Shown here: positions 1 to 9,445 of the stretch, one piece after another
Position numbering within the stretch: the stretch's first letter is position 1
Layout: each line of letters starts with the position of its first letter
Source of the DNA: Candidatus Nanohalobium sp.
GTDB taxonomy: Archaea; Nanohalarchaeota; Nanosalinia; Nanosalinales; Nanosalinaceae
Assembly (NCBI GenBank): GCA_042217545.1
Contig: JBDGSM010000003.1
Coordinates: 1 to 43,457, forward strand
Length of the DNA stretch: 43,457 bases
Direction of reading: 5' to 3'
The notes under the pieces: model-generated
The model's input: only the letters and a program-made list of their open reading frames with translations
Databases searched by the model: none
Told to the model about the DNA's origin: nothing
Program-made: the position numbers and the translations under genes

Positions 1-1493
1 CTTTCCACGATCATCTTGTCGTCTCTCTCGAGTACGCCTGAGAATGCTATCATGGCTGCGTAGAGGCCTCCGAACATCCCCAGGTCTATGATGAAGAACC
101 ATTTCGGGGTCACGGTAAACAGGTAATTTGAGAGGCTCCAGGGGAGGAAGATGCTTATTCCGCCGATGATCCACACCTTGAACGTTTTGAGCTTTAGGGG
201 AGGTCTTCCCAGGAATCTGTAGCTCATCAGGAGGTTGAATGCTGCAACTATCAGGAAGCTGGCTGTTGTGGCGTAGGCAGCTCCCAGGATACCCATATCG
301 AGCGGCACGATGAAGAGGTAATTCAGTATGAGGTTTGATACTCCTAGCATTGCTGAGGTCAGAAAGTTCAGTTCTGTTCGGTCATAGGCCTGGTAGATGT
401 TGTTAACCGGGCCTGTCAGTGATGAAGCCAGGAATCCTACCGATAAGACGCTCAGCACCTTCGAGGCCTGGTAGTATTCGTTTCCGAAGAGGAGCAGTGC
501 TGTTCTCGGGAAAAGGAAGATAACGAGGAAGATTGGAACCGCGACTATAGAGACCCATTTAGTCAATGTTCTGAAGATATCTGCGTTCAGACCTTCCTTA
601 CCTTTTGATTTGAGCTTGGAGGCGCTCGACATGAAGACTGAGTAGAAGATTGATGAGAAGCTGAAGATAAGCAAGGCAAAGGGATATGCTGCATTGTAAA
701 GCCCTACGCTTGTTGTTCCGATGAAATACTGTATCATGTAGGTGTCTATCTGGTTTGATATTACTCCGAAGACTCCGCCGGCTACGAGCGGAACTGAGAA
801 GTATCCCAGCTCTTTGAAGTTGTACTCGGGTGTGCTCTCAAGGACCTCATCAGGTGTCACCTTCCTGTAGAAGTAATAGGCTATCACTCCGCCGCAGATC
901 ACTGAGAACGAGAACGAGAATGCAGCACCGAGATAGCCGAAGCCCGCGTAGATCGCTATGGCGGTCAGCACTACCTTTATCACATTGACAGATATCTGTC
1001 CGGTGTATGCTGTGGGCTTCATGTTTTCGTAGCCTTCCCCGACGTTCGTGAGAACTTTTGTAGCTCCGAGGAACGGGAGAGATACTGCCACGAATCTTAT
1101 CGGCCAAAGGGATAGAGGTTCTTTGAATATTTCGTAAGCGATAAACCCTGAGCTGAGGAATAGCAATATTCCCAGTAAAGAGCTGGATGCCAGGACCATG
1201 ATCAGTCCTGAATGTATTGTTCCCTTTATCTTGCTGTATTTCTCTTTTCCCCTGTAATCTGAAACGTATTTCTGCACCCCTTGGTGAAAGCCGAGGAACG
1301 CGAAAGTCGTAACAGTGGAATAGACGCCCATCATCAGCGTAATTACCCCGTAATCTGTAGGACCGAGGAATCTTCCTGTCATCAACCGGTATAGAAGAGC
1401 GAGGGACTTGGCGGACAGTGTGGCTACAAACATTACTCCAGCCCCCTTCACGATTGATCTCAGCGCTGAATCCTTCTCGTCCCGGTCCTGCAT
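1..1493 (-). CDS. Oligosaccharide flippase (Wzx/RfbX, MOP superfamily), 3' end runs off the window
   Basis: Not in ORF track (no stop inside window). Manual translation from ATG at 1493: MQDRDEKDSALRSIVKGAGVMFVATLSAKSLALLYRLMTGRFLGPTDYG..., multi-TM, typical Wzx N-terminus (R.LGP..YG); frame consistent down to base 3. Confidence 0.9.
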   Translation of the reverse strand, partial: MQDRDEKDSALRSIVKGAGVMFVATLSAKSLALLYRLMTGRFLGPTDYGVITLMMGVYSTVTTFAFLGFHQGVQKYVSDYRGKEKYSKIKGTIHSGLIMVLASSSLLGILLFLSSGFIAYEIFKEPLSLWPIRFVAVSLPFLGATKVLTNVGEGYENMKPTAYTGQISVNVIKVVLTAIAIYAGFGYLGAAFSFSFSVICGGVIAYYFYRKVTPDEVLESTPEYNFKELGYFSVPLVAGGVFGVISNQIDTYMIQYFIGTTSVGLYNAAYPFALLIFSFSSIFYSVFMSSASKLKSKGKEGLNADIFRTLTKWVSIVAVPIFLVIFLFPRTALLLFGNEYYQASKVLSVLSVGFLASSLTGPVNNIYQAYDRTELNFLTSAMLGVSNLILNYLFIVPLDMGILGAAYATTASFLIVAAFNLLMSYRFLGRPPLKLKTFKVWIIGGISIFLPWSLSNYLFTVTPKWFFIIDLGMFGGLYAAMIAFSGVLERDDKMIVE

Positions 1494-1550
1494 ACTAAAT
1501 AAAAGGCCTCTCTAAGCTATAAAAAAAGTGATAGAAAATCCTCAATTGTA

Positions 1551-2957
1551 ATGGCTACAGTAATTTTTGGATTGGATGGAGCGGACCCGGAACTGATCGA
1601 AAGATGGCTTGATGAGCTCCCTAACTTCAAGAAGATAAAGGAAAAGGGTTTCTTTGGAAGTTTCAAGACTACTGAGCCCCCTATCACTGTACCGGCGTGG
1701 ATGTGTATCTTCTCGGGGAACAGGCCTTCAGATTTTGATTCATATGACTTCAGGACTGTTGATTTCGAAGACTACAGAATAAACGTTTCTAACTCAACTA
1801 ATTTTAGGGGTAAAAACCTGATAGATAATTCGGAAGATGTGATCAGCTTTCGTGTTCCGGGAACTACGCCGAAATATCCGATAGATGGTTACATGGTATC
1901 AGGTTTCATAGAGGGAGAGCAGCTAAGTTTCGAGCCCGAGTCCCTAGAGGATGAGCTTGAGGACATAGATCTTGACTTACAGGAATTTGAGGGGGATAGA
2001 TCCGAGAAGAAGGAAATCTCGAGAAGCAACTTCAAGAAAAACTATCGGGTATTCGAGAGCTTGCTTGAAGAGAAGAACTTCAAGACTGCTTTCTCGGTTT
2101 TCCGACTGGTTGACACCCACATGCACAATGTCGATGAACAGAAAGATATGCTTGAAGTCTACAAGTTAGCTGACAAGTACCTTGGGAAGATGATGGATTT
2201 AGCGGAGAAGGAAGAACACGATCTTGTTGTTCTGTCGGATCACGGCTCTATGCAGACTGAAAGGAAACTTTATCTGAACAATTACCTGAGACAGAAAGGA
2301 TTTCTCGAGTACCAGGATGAAGAGAGCTCCGTTCTAAGAAGATATGAGGAGAAGATAGGATCACTTCTTGTAAATTTAGGTTTCAAGAAGGAGGTAAAAA
2401 AACTTCTATCTATCTACTCCAGCTTGACCGGCAAGGATCCTCAGCAGACACAGGGCACAATCCTTCCAAACATCAAGAAAGAAGAAACTGAGGCCTTCTG
2501 CTATATCTCCGGAGTCTCCAGGTACGGTGCTATCTGGCTGCACGATGACAGGTTCAGCAAAGGTGTGGTCGAGAACAGAGAGAAAAAGGCAGATGAAATA
2601 GAAGAGCAAATTCAGCAAGAAAAGTTCATAGATGAAGTGGCCAGGCCTGAAGACTTCTGGACAAACCCTGAAATGCCCGATATCCTTGTAAAAGCAGACA
2701 AAGGAATAGTCATAGGAGGAGAACCCTACAATGTTAATTTCCACAAAACCTCAGCCGTCGTCCATGACGGAAGAGGTCTTCTAGCTGGGATAGGGCCTTC
2801 TTTCGAAAAGGGAATATCAGTTGAGAAGAACTATAGGGATATAGCTCCGACAATCCAGGCCTTGCAGGGGGAAGTCGATATCTCAACAGGGGACGTTCTC
2901 GAGGAGATAATTGCTGACGTAGACTACGGGAAGGAGTTGAAGGGATTGGATATTTAG
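1551..2957 (+). CDS. Alkaline phosphatase superfamily / type I phosphodiesterase-like protein
   Basis: VIFGLDGA metal motif, PPITVPAW..IFSG nucleophile loop (Thr), VVLSDHG, late H-D-G-R-G; no signal peptide. Confidence 0.85.
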   Translation: MATVIFGLDGADPELIERWLDELPNFKKIKEKGFFGSFKTTEPPITVPAWMCIFSGNRPSDFDSYDFRTVDFEDYRINVSNSTNFRGKNLIDNSEDVISFRVPGTTPKYPIDGYMVSGFIEGEQLSFEPESLEDELEDIDLDLQEFEGDRSEKKEISRSNFKKNYRVFESLLEEKNFKTAFSVFRLVDTHMHNVDEQKDMLEVYKLADKYLGKMMDLAEKEEHDLVVLSDHGSMQTERKLYLNNYLRQKGFLEYQDEESSVLRRYEEKIGSLLVNLGFKKEVKKLLSIYSSLTGKDPQQTQGTILPNIKKEETEAFCYISGVSRYGAIWLHDDRFSKGVVENREKKADEIEEQIQQEKFIDEVARPEDFWTNPEMPDILVKADKGIVIGGEPYNVNFHKTSAVVHDGRGLLAGIGPSFEKGISVEKNYRDIAPTIQALQGEVDISTGDVLEEIIADVDYGKELKGLDI

Positions 2958-2987
2958 GATGCTAATTCACTATTTTTAATGTGTAAA

Positions 2988-4004
2988 ATGGAATCAAAAA
3001 AAGTAGCTGTTTTGGCTTCGAGATTCTACAGATATGGAGGAATCCCTAGAGTCGTCACAAGGCTGTTGGATAATCTTGAGGAAATTGAGGGGTTAGAGTT
3101 TGATGTTATAACTTCGAGGACAGACTTTTATTGGGCTGAAAGAGTGGATGCAGATATAAAACAAATTTCAACTTATCCTCACCCGGTTCTAAGTTTCTTC
3201 AACCCTTTAACTATCAGGAAAATGGAGGAATATGACCTTGTATGGATTCATAACACATATTTGAACAGGCTGTCTACAATATTGGACACTCCAACTATTG
3301 CTACTTTTCATCCTCCACATAGGAGATATTCAAGCATATTTGACTTTGAAAGAGGTGTTCAAGCCACTCTAGAATCTTTTCTTCAGGAAAGAGGGTTGAG
3401 ATATCTACAGTTCACAGATAGAGTGGTCGGTATTTCAGATGAGGTTAGGGAAAGGTTAACGGAGCATTATAAAGCAAATGCTGTTAGAATTTATCATGGG
3501 GCCGATCTTCCTGCGAGTGAGAAGTCAGCAACGTCTGAAGAATTTATATTCGCATTTGCTGTGGATGCAACCGTAGAATCTGTTGCTGAGGATTATCCCG
3601 TAAAGGCGCTGACTTCAACAGGTCAGATAGAGGAAATAGAGGATAAGACGGATTCAGGCCTTATTTCTGCAATCAAGAGATCTAAGTTTGTGGTTTCCGG
3701 GTCTTTTCAAGAGGGTTTCGGCCTTGAGCCTGTTGAAGCAGCTTTCTGCGGCAAGCCGGCAGTTGTTAGGGCAGTAGGAGGACACGAAGAAACTATAAAT
3801 CACGGTGAAACAGGTTATCTGGCTAATAATAGTAAGGAATTCAAAAAGTTCGTAGAAAAATTATGGGGGGATGAGGCTCTAAGGGAAAAAATGGGCGGGA
3901 AGGCCTTTGAAAGAGCTAAAGATAAATTTACTTGGAGAAGAGCTTCTTTGAAGTATCTAGAGGAATTTAATGATCTTATGGGTACAAGTTTCCAACTAAA
4001 CTAA
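2988..4004 (+). CDS. Glycosyltransferase family 4 (GT-B)
   Basis: YGGI N-terminal motif, QEGFGLEPVEAAFCGKPAV (EX7E), HGETGYL, KFTW; start ATG 2988 (or 2979); visibly AT-rich codons. Confidence 0.9.
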   Translation: MESKKVAVLASRFYRYGGIPRVVTRLLDNLEEIEGLEFDVITSRTDFYWAERVDADIKQISTYPHPVLSFFNPLTIRKMEEYDLVWIHNTYLNRLSTILDTPTIATFHPPHRRYSSIFDFERGVQATLESFLQERGLRYLQFTDRVVGISDEVRERLTEHYKANAVRIYHGADLPASEKSATSEEFIFAFAVDATVESVAEDYPVKALTSTGQIEEIEDKTDSGLISAIKRSKFVVSGSFQEGFGLEPVEAAFCGKPAVVRAVGGHEETINHGETGYLANNSKEFKKFVEKLWGDEALREKMGGKAFERAKDKFTWRRASLKYLEEFNDLMGTSFQLN

Positions 4005-4990
4005 AAGTCTATGTTATCTGTTTCGCTCTGGTACCGGCCTTCCCTCTCTATAATTTCTCCTTTACCGATCTTACTTAGGAGCATTCTTAGATCTTCTCTT
4101 AGTATGGTTTTTTTCAGGTCTGATTCTCCCTTTGTTGGCTCCCAACTACCATTCTCAAATCGCCAGGCAGTATCATAAGATACATAGCCATCGATTACAC
4201 TTCTCCCGGCTTTCGGACATTTCTCTACTAAGTTAATCCCATCATTTTTGAGCGAAGAGCCTTTCATCAAGTTAAGCGCTGTTTCTGTCAGGTCAATTAA
4301 TCTTGCGTTTTCTTCTTGAATGCCATCGTAGTTGAGGAATACTGTTGGTACTTCCACTAGCTCCCTACTCATAGGGTGGCCGTGTGCAAATCTACGCCTA
4401 AAATTTTTTCTTTCACCTAAGAGTTCGCCGTGATCTGAGGTGAATATTATCAGAGTGCTTTGCTTCAATCCTCTTTTCTCAAGCTCCTCTATATGTTCCC
4501 AAAAATGGCTTTCGACACTCTTGCTACCTTCTTCATATTTCTCATGTATGTTTTCAGAGCCTCTGACCTCTCCATCTTCCATCTGATGTGCTAGCAGATC
4601 GTTACCATGACCCATCTCCCCATAGGGTATATGTGTGTCCATGGCTCTTTCGATGTAGACGAATGGTGGTTCTATTTCGTCTAGTTCCTTCGCTTCAGGT
4701 GTGTGCTTCAGTACTGTATTTCTTACTGGGTCCAGTTCGTTGTCGTAGAAGCTGCCGTTCTCAAAGAAGTCGAATATCGTCCTGTGGTGGGCTGAGAGAG
4801 TATCGTTGAATCCTCTTACGCTGTGGTTCTCAGGGCTTTTGCCTGTGATCAGAGATGCGAAGGATACTGGGGTATGCAGTGACGGTGCTAGCGTGTTAAT
4901 CACATTTCCCTCTTCTGCTATGCTGTCTGGAACGTGGTCATATCGCAGGGAGTCTGAGACGAAGATGAAGATGTTCTCGAATTCGCTCAT
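4001..4990 (-). CDS. Sulfatase-like hydrolase/transferase (AlkP superfamily)
   Basis: NIFIFVSDSLRYD, HTPVSFASLITG, THIPY, IIFTSDHGELLGE, HGH, VPTVF; lacks the C/S-x-P-x-R formylglycine motif. Confidence 0.85.
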   Translation of the reverse strand: MSEFENIFIFVSDSLRYDHVPDSIAEEGNVINTLAPSLHTPVSFASLITGKSPENHSVRGFNDTLSAHHRTIFDFFENGSFYDNELDPVRNTVLKHTPEAKELDEIEPPFVYIERAMDTHIPYGEMGHGNDLLAHQMEDGEVRGSENIHEKYEEGSKSVESHFWEHIEELEKRGLKQSTLIIFTSDHGELLGERKNFRRRFAHGHPMSRELVEVPTVFLNYDGIQEENARLIDLTETALNLMKGSSLKNDGINLVEKCPKAGRSVIDGYVSYDTAWRFENGSWEPTKGESDLKKTILREDLRMLLSKIGKGEIIEREGRYQSETDNIDF

Positions 4991-6303
4991 ATATCTACTT
5001 CCTCTATTTCCTTGTGATATGTTATTGACTCGAGTTTTTGAAGAGTTTTTGTTTCTTTCTTTAATTTGCCGAGTAGGCTTTGAGTTATTTCTTCGTCTCC
5101 GTAGAGATGCTCTCCGTCCTCATCTATGACTGCTCTGTTTTTCCCATCTGTTATCATTTTACAGGATTTTTCTTCATCGTCAATGTTTTCTGCGATGGCG
5201 TAACCTTTGGCCTCGAAGGGTTCTCTATCCAGCAACGACTCTATCATTTTTTGTATCTCTCTCAGGGTTGTGATATCTTCTGGCTCGAACAATCCGTCTA
5301 GATTGGTTTCCTCGCTGTAAATGATGAAAGGGACTTTCAGCATCTCATCGGAGCATGAAGGTGTATCGTGTCCTTGTGCAGGCTCCTCGTGTTCCAGGGA
5401 GTTGTCGAAGAAGAGCTCTCCGTGGTCAGATGTAATTATGAATACGGTTTCGGGGTTTTCCCCCCTGTATTCGGTGATGAAGTCCTTTAACTGCTTGTCG
5501 ATATATCTTATACAGTCGTCGTATAGATTGATTCTTTTCTGCAAATTTTCGCCTTTCGCCTTCTCCCTAGCGTTCACTACACCGTCTTTAGGCCGGTAGT
5601 AAGATGAAAATTTTCTACTGAATCCTATAGGGGGAGAATATGCAGCGTGGACCTCCATGAAGTTGCAGAAGGCGAATAAAGGTTTTTCTACCTGCTTTCC
5701 TTTTCTTTTGATTCTTCTGATGCTTTTGGTAGATCCGTAGTCGGATATGCCCCACCTTTTGCCGAATTTTCTCTCGAACTTGAAACCAGCTAACTTCAGG
5801 ACTGTTCCCGGGCCCTTCTTCGCTGCTTTCTTCATGGCTGAGAGGTACTTTTCTTTCCTTGAGTCCCAGTCGCCTCTATGTATTTCCTTTAGCATTTCGT
5901 TTGAGTCTCTGTTGCCCATGTCCGATGCCCAGAGCTGGAAGTCGAAGTCGTCGAAGGCCTCATCGTATCCGTAGAGGTCGTTCACCCACATGTTGTTGCT
6001 GTTTCCGTAGGTATGGTATCCTTTTTCCTTGAGGGAGTTCACTAAGAGATTTTCCCTTTCCAGCTCAGGGTTCTCGTTGCTGATTATCTTGTGGTCGGAA
6101 ACGAGATCTCCTGTGAATATCGATGCATGGCTCGGGACACTCCAGAAGGAGTTTGCGTAACATTTCTCGAATTTTACGCCTTTCTCAGCCAAGCTGTCTA
6201 TGAAAGGGGAAGTCTCCCTCTCATATCCGTAACAGCCTAGGTGATCAGGCCTCAGGGAATCTATGACCAAAAGCATTATGTCTGGTTTGTCCACTGAAGC
6301 CAT
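4987..6303 (-). CDS. Sulfatase-like hydrolase/transferase (AlkP superfamily)
   Basis: Likely start ATG 6303 (MASVDKPDIMLLVIDSLRPDHLGCYGY), WSVPSHASIFTG, NFMEVHAAY, IITSDHGE, KVPFII; S-x-P-x-H instead of C/S-x-P-x-R. Confidence 0.88.
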   Translation of the reverse strand: MASVDKPDIMLLVIDSLRPDHLGCYGYERETSPFIDSLAEKGVKFEKCYANSFWSVPSHASIFTGDLVSDHKIISNENPELERENLLVNSLKEKGYHTYGNSNNMWVNDLYGYDEAFDDFDFQLWASDMGNRDSNEMLKEIHRGDWDSRKEKYLSAMKKAAKKGPGTVLKLAGFKFERKFGKRWGISDYGSTKSIRRIKRKGKQVEKPLFAFCNFMEVHAAYSPPIGFSRKFSSYYRPKDGVVNAREKAKGENLQKRINLYDDCIRYIDKQLKDFITEYRGENPETVFIITSDHGELFFDNSLEHEEPAQGHDTPSCSDEMLKVPFIIYSEETNLDGLFEPEDITTLREIQKMIESLLDREPFEAKGYAIAENIDDEEKSCKMITDGKNRAVIDEDGEHLYGDEEITQSLLGKLKKETKTLQKLESITYHKEIEEVDI

Positions 6304-6355
6304 ACTCAGGGAAGAATTTTGGAGTCTTAAATAAGATACGAAACAAATATCTGGC

Positions 6356-7423
6356 ATGACCAAGGTTCTTGTAGTAGGCTGGGATGGAGCAAGTCATAAA
6401 CATTTGCAGGAGATACAGCCTGAGTTCTATTCCTCGCTGAAGCATAAGGGAAAGCTTTTGCCGGAAGATGTCTACAGAGGTATTCCGATCGATTCGGGTA
6501 CTGCCTGGACTACTATCACAACTGGTGTCGAGGTTGAGGATCACGGTTTTCTCAGCATCAACAACGTCGTGGAGTCAAGGAAGCTTCTAGGCCTTACCAA
6601 GAAGTTGACGAAGAACATCCCGCACAAGAAGCTGAGGACTTATGCCTACTACGGGCCTAACAAGCTGTTCAACCTGAAGGACAGGACTCCGAGGAGTACT
6701 GATGTCGAGTATAAACGTGTCTGGGATTATATCGATGGTAAGACTCTGAGCCTGGGAGTTCCCTTGACCTATCCTGCGTGGAAACAAGAGGGTGTGATGT
6801 TCTCCGGTATCCCCGCACCTTTAGAGGGTTCGAGGCCTGCGACCCATCCCGAAAAATACGGGGAGTACAGGAAGAGGTACAACGCGTACTACTACCTGGA
6901 CGAGAAGAAGACGCCTCTGGAGGAGGAGTCGCAGCCGAACCTGGAGGAGTACAAGGACAAGATCTACGAGTACAATGAGGAGGCCTTCGACGTTATCAGG
7001 GAATTAGATGAAGAGGAGGGTTTCGAGTTCGTCTTTGCGGTCTTCCCGATAATAGACGACCTTCTCCATGCCCTGGACCCGGAAGAGGACTGGGATGAGA
7101 TAGAGAAGGCCTATAACTGGATAGATGAGAGGACGAAAGAACTTGTCAATGATCTGGATCCTGAACACGTCCTGGTGATCAGCGACCACGGAATGATGCC
7201 TGCGGAGGAATCGCTGAACCCGAACCAGTACCCGGGACTGAAGATGGATCACGACCCTATGAACGGTATATGGGCCTCGGACACCGACCTGGGCCTTGAG
7301 GAGCAGAAGGACGTGACTCCTGCGATCCTGGAACTGTTCGGAAAGAAAGATTTCGAGCCGGAGAAGATGGAGATGGAAATAGATACATCGGAGGATGAAG
7401 GCCTCGAAGACATCTCGGTCTAA
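6356..7423 (+). CDS. Alkaline phosphatase superfamily / phosphodiesterase-like protein
   Basis: VLVVGWDGA, DSGTAWTTITTG, DDLLH, VISDHG, DHDPMNG, DVTPAIL. Confidence 0.85.
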   Translation: MTKVLVVGWDGASHKHLQEIQPEFYSSLKHKGKLLPEDVYRGIPIDSGTAWTTITTGVEVEDHGFLSINNVVESRKLLGLTKKLTKNIPHKKLRTYAYYGPNKLFNLKDRTPRSTDVEYKRVWDYIDGKTLSLGVPLTYPAWKQEGVMFSGIPAPLEGSRPATHPEKYGEYRKRYNAYYYLDEKKTPLEEESQPNLEEYKDKIYEYNEEAFDVIRELDEEEGFEFVFAVFPIIDDLLHALDPEEDWDEIEKAYNWIDERTKELVNDLDPEHVLVISDHGMMPAEESLNPNQYPGLKMDHDPMNGIWASDTDLGLEEQKDVTPAILELFGKKDFEPEKMEMEIDTSEDEGLEDISV

Positions 7424-7470
7424 GTTTTCTTTAAATCCCTTTATCTACAATCCTAGACTGTGATAGATCA

Positions 7471-7695
7471 ATGACGGATAATACTGTAGAGCTTTCGGAG
7501 GAGACATACGGCCTTCTGGCAAAGAGAGCAGAAGACAAAGGTTTCGATACAACAGATGAGTACATCAACTACGTTCTTGACCAGGTAGCTGAGAAAGCGA
7601 AGAAAAAGATGGAGGATGAAGAAGGCGAAGAGTTCAGCGAAGAAGATGAGGAAAAGGTCAAGAAAAGGTTGAAAGGCCTCGGATACCTCGACTAA
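7471..7695 (+). CDS. Small CopG/RHH-like protein with acidic linker and C-terminal RLKGLGYLD tail
   Basis: beta-alpha-alpha pattern (TVELSEETYGLL...DEYINYVL), acidic linker, tail KVKKRLKGLGYLD. Confidence 0.75.
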   Translation: MTDNTVELSEETYGLLAKRAEDKGFDTTDEYINYVLDQVAEKAKKKMEDEEGEEFSEEDEEKVKKRLKGLGYLD

Positions 7696-7740
7696 CTTCC
7701 TATCTTTCTTTTTCTATACCGGTCCATTTATTAATCAAGG

Positions 7741-7755
7741 TGCATAAGTTATGCA
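7741..7755. promoter_or_regulatory. Inverted repeat TGCATAA-G-TTATGCA, putative RHH operator
   Basis: Perfect 7-bp arms between a TATA-like TTTATTAA (7727-7734) and the ATG at 7758. Confidence 0.55.
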
Positions 7756-7757
7756 TC

Positions 7758-7955
7758 ATGCCCAGGAAGACTATCTCCCTGCCGGAGGATCTCGCGGACT
7801 TCGTGGATGAGAACCATATCAATCTCTCCAGATTCGTCCAGGACAAGCTTAGAGAGCTCGCTGACTCTGAAAACGGAGATGAGGATGAGATAACGGAGGA
7901 GCAGGCGAAAGAGATCTACCAGAAGCTGGAGAAACTGGGCTACTTAGACAGGTAG
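7758..7955 (+). CDS. Small RHH (CcdA/CopG-like) protein with C-terminal KLEKLGYLDR tail
   Basis: MPRKTISLPEDL...INLSRFVQDKL is an RHH signature; ATG 7758 preferred over GTG 7740. Confidence 0.75.
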   Translation: MPRKTISLPEDLADFVDENHINLSRFVQDKLRELADSENGDEDEITEEQAKEIYQKLEKLGYLDR

Positions 7956-7962
7956 AGTTACA

Positions 7963-8172
7963 ATGGAGAAACACAGAAGGACTTTGCTTAAAGCAGCTTC
8001 TTACAGGGTTTTCGCAACTCTAACAGTCTTCGCAGTTTCATTCGCATATACAGGAAGCTTTGCTTCGGCAGCGAGTATAGGCCTTACAGCTGCTGTCGCT
8101 AAAACAATGCTGTATTATTTGTGGGAGAGGCTCTGGAACAACATCTCCTGGGGCCTTGAGGTAGAAAACTAA
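7963..8172 (+). CDS. DUF2061 family small membrane protein
   Basis: RTLLKAASYRVFAT...KTMLYYLWERLWNNISWG matches the DUF2061 pattern; the family is often found beside sulfate-activation genes. Confidence 0.85.
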   Translation: MEKHRRTLLKAASYRVFATLTVFAVSFAYTGSFASAASIGLTAAVAKTMLYYLWERLWNNISWGLEVEN

Positions 8173-8194
8173 TGCTAGGTGACAAATTAATGTA

Positions 8195-8294
8195 CGAAAA
8201 TCAGAGATTTTCTGGACATACAGAAAATTACGGTGAAATTTTGAACGAAGATTTGAAGAAATCTTCTTGCAGAAAACACGCGAGGCGAGTTTTC
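8195..8294. repeat. Array of four short hairpin repeats in alternating orientation (CGAA..TTCTG / CAGAA..TTCG family)
   Basis: 8195 CGAAAATC-aga-GATTTTCTG; 8221 CAGAAAATT-n7-AATTTTG; 8246 CGAAGATTT-gaag-AAATCTTC; 8270 CAGAAAAC-n11-GTTTTC. Confidence 0.8.
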
Positions 8295-8296
8295 AA

Positions 8297-9082
8297 ATGA
8301 AAGTTATCGGTATAGACGCGGCTACTTGGGACATGATAAAACCTCATAGAGACGAACTTCCAAACTTTGACAGGCTGATGAACGAATGCGATTACAAGAC
8401 TGTGACTGTCGAGGAGACGCCAAAGTCAGCTCCTCTGTGGACTTCGATCTTTACAGGCCTTCGTCAGAGCCAGCACGGCCACAAAGATTTTGTGGTTGAC
8501 GACGATTTACAGAAAAGGGAGGATATAGATGGGGACTTTGTCTGGGAGGTCATGGAGGACATAGATTCCAGGATACTGCAGATTCCTTCGATTATCCCGC
8601 CGATCAACTACAACACAAGTTATGAGCCGGAGGGCTTCGGAGTCTCCAGCGATCTGGAAGAACTGGAGGCCGACAGGAAGAAGCTGATCGAGAAGTCGAA
8701 GGAAGTTCTTGAAGACGATCCCGAGTTCTTCGCTGTCGTCTTCATGCAGCTTGATCGCGTCAGCCATTTCTACTGGGACGATAAGGATCTGATCCTGGAA
8801 TGGTACAGGAAGATGGATGAAGTCCTGGGAGAACTGCTGGAGTACTACGACTTTGACGGCGATGAACCGCTTGTAGTACTTTCAGATCACGGTTTCGCGG
8901 AGTTCGGTGAGGGAAGGATCCAGACGCTGCCAGAGGAGACTCCTCACGGCACTCTTGAGGGCGACCACCACGAGGACGCTGTCCTGATCACGAAAAACGT
9001 TAATTTCGAGATTGAGCAGCCTGAGGACGTCGCGAAATCTATCCTGAATCATTATGGCTACGACGTGGAGGAGTTGTCATAA
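8297..9082 (+). CDS. Alkaline phosphatase superfamily / phosphodiesterase-like protein
   Basis: Start ATG 8297 MKVIGIDAATW, PKSAPLWTSIFTG, LDRVSH, VVLSDHGF, GDHHEDA. Confidence 0.85.
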   Translation: MKVIGIDAATWDMIKPHRDELPNFDRLMNECDYKTVTVEETPKSAPLWTSIFTGLRQSQHGHKDFVVDDDLQKREDIDGDFVWEVMEDIDSRILQIPSIIPPINYNTSYEPEGFGVSSDLEELEADRKKLIEKSKEVLEDDPEFFAVVFMQLDRVSHFYWDDKDLILEWYRKMDEVLGELLEYYDFDGDEPLVVLSDHGFAEFGEGRIQTLPEETPHGTLEGDHHEDAVLITKNVNFEIEQPEDVAKSILNHYGYDVEELS

Positions 9083-9084
9083 TG

Positions 9085-9105
9085 CAGAAAATCTACAGGT
9101 TTTCG
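9085..9105. repeat. Hairpin repeat unit (same family)
   Basis: CAGAAAATC-taca-GGTTTTCG directly after the TAATG at the end of the AlkP gene. Confidence 0.65.
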
Positions 9106-9141
9106 AATTACGGCTATGATCATCCAGAGCACAAGAAAAGG

Positions 9142-9167
9142 ACTTAAGTACTTAGGTGAGTAAGTTA
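9142..9167 (+). promoter_or_regulatory. Promoter/operator of the vapBC-like pair (ACTTA/TAAGT half-sites)
   Basis: ACTTAAGTACTTAGGTGAGTAAGTTA; repeated with one mismatch at 10907-10932 upstream of the paralogous antitoxin. Confidence 0.65.
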
Positions 9168-9172
9168 CTAGT

Positions 9173-9445
9173 ATGGGAGATATCAAGGTTTCGGTTCCGG
9201 ATGAGAAAGAAGAAAAATTCAGGAAAGCTGCTATGAAGGTTTTCGGACACAAGAGAGGCTCTATCAGCAAGGCTGCCACCAAAGCTTTGGATGAGTGGGC
9301 GGAAAGAATGTCTTTTGAGAAGGATTTGAAGATGCCTGAGGATCCTGTAGAATTCCTTGAAGGCAACATGGCTGGAGTTGAGGAGAGTGGTGTTGAACTT
9401 CAGGAACAAGCTAATGAGGTAAGATCAGATGAAGTGTCTAATTGA
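9173..9445 (+). CDS. RHH-type antitoxin (VapB-like)
   Basis: IKVSVPDEKEEKFR...GHKRGSISKAATKAL RHH pattern; overlaps the downstream PIN gene. Confidence 0.8.
   Translation: MGDIKVSVPDEKEEKFRKAAMKVFGHKRGSISKAATKALDEWAERMSFEKDLKMPEDPVEFLEGNMAGVEESGVELQEQANEVRSDEVSN

Noticed and set aside
8195..8294. Possible CRISPR mini-array
   Set aside because: Units differ in sequence, alternate in orientation and have spacers of only a few bases; no cas genes in the window.
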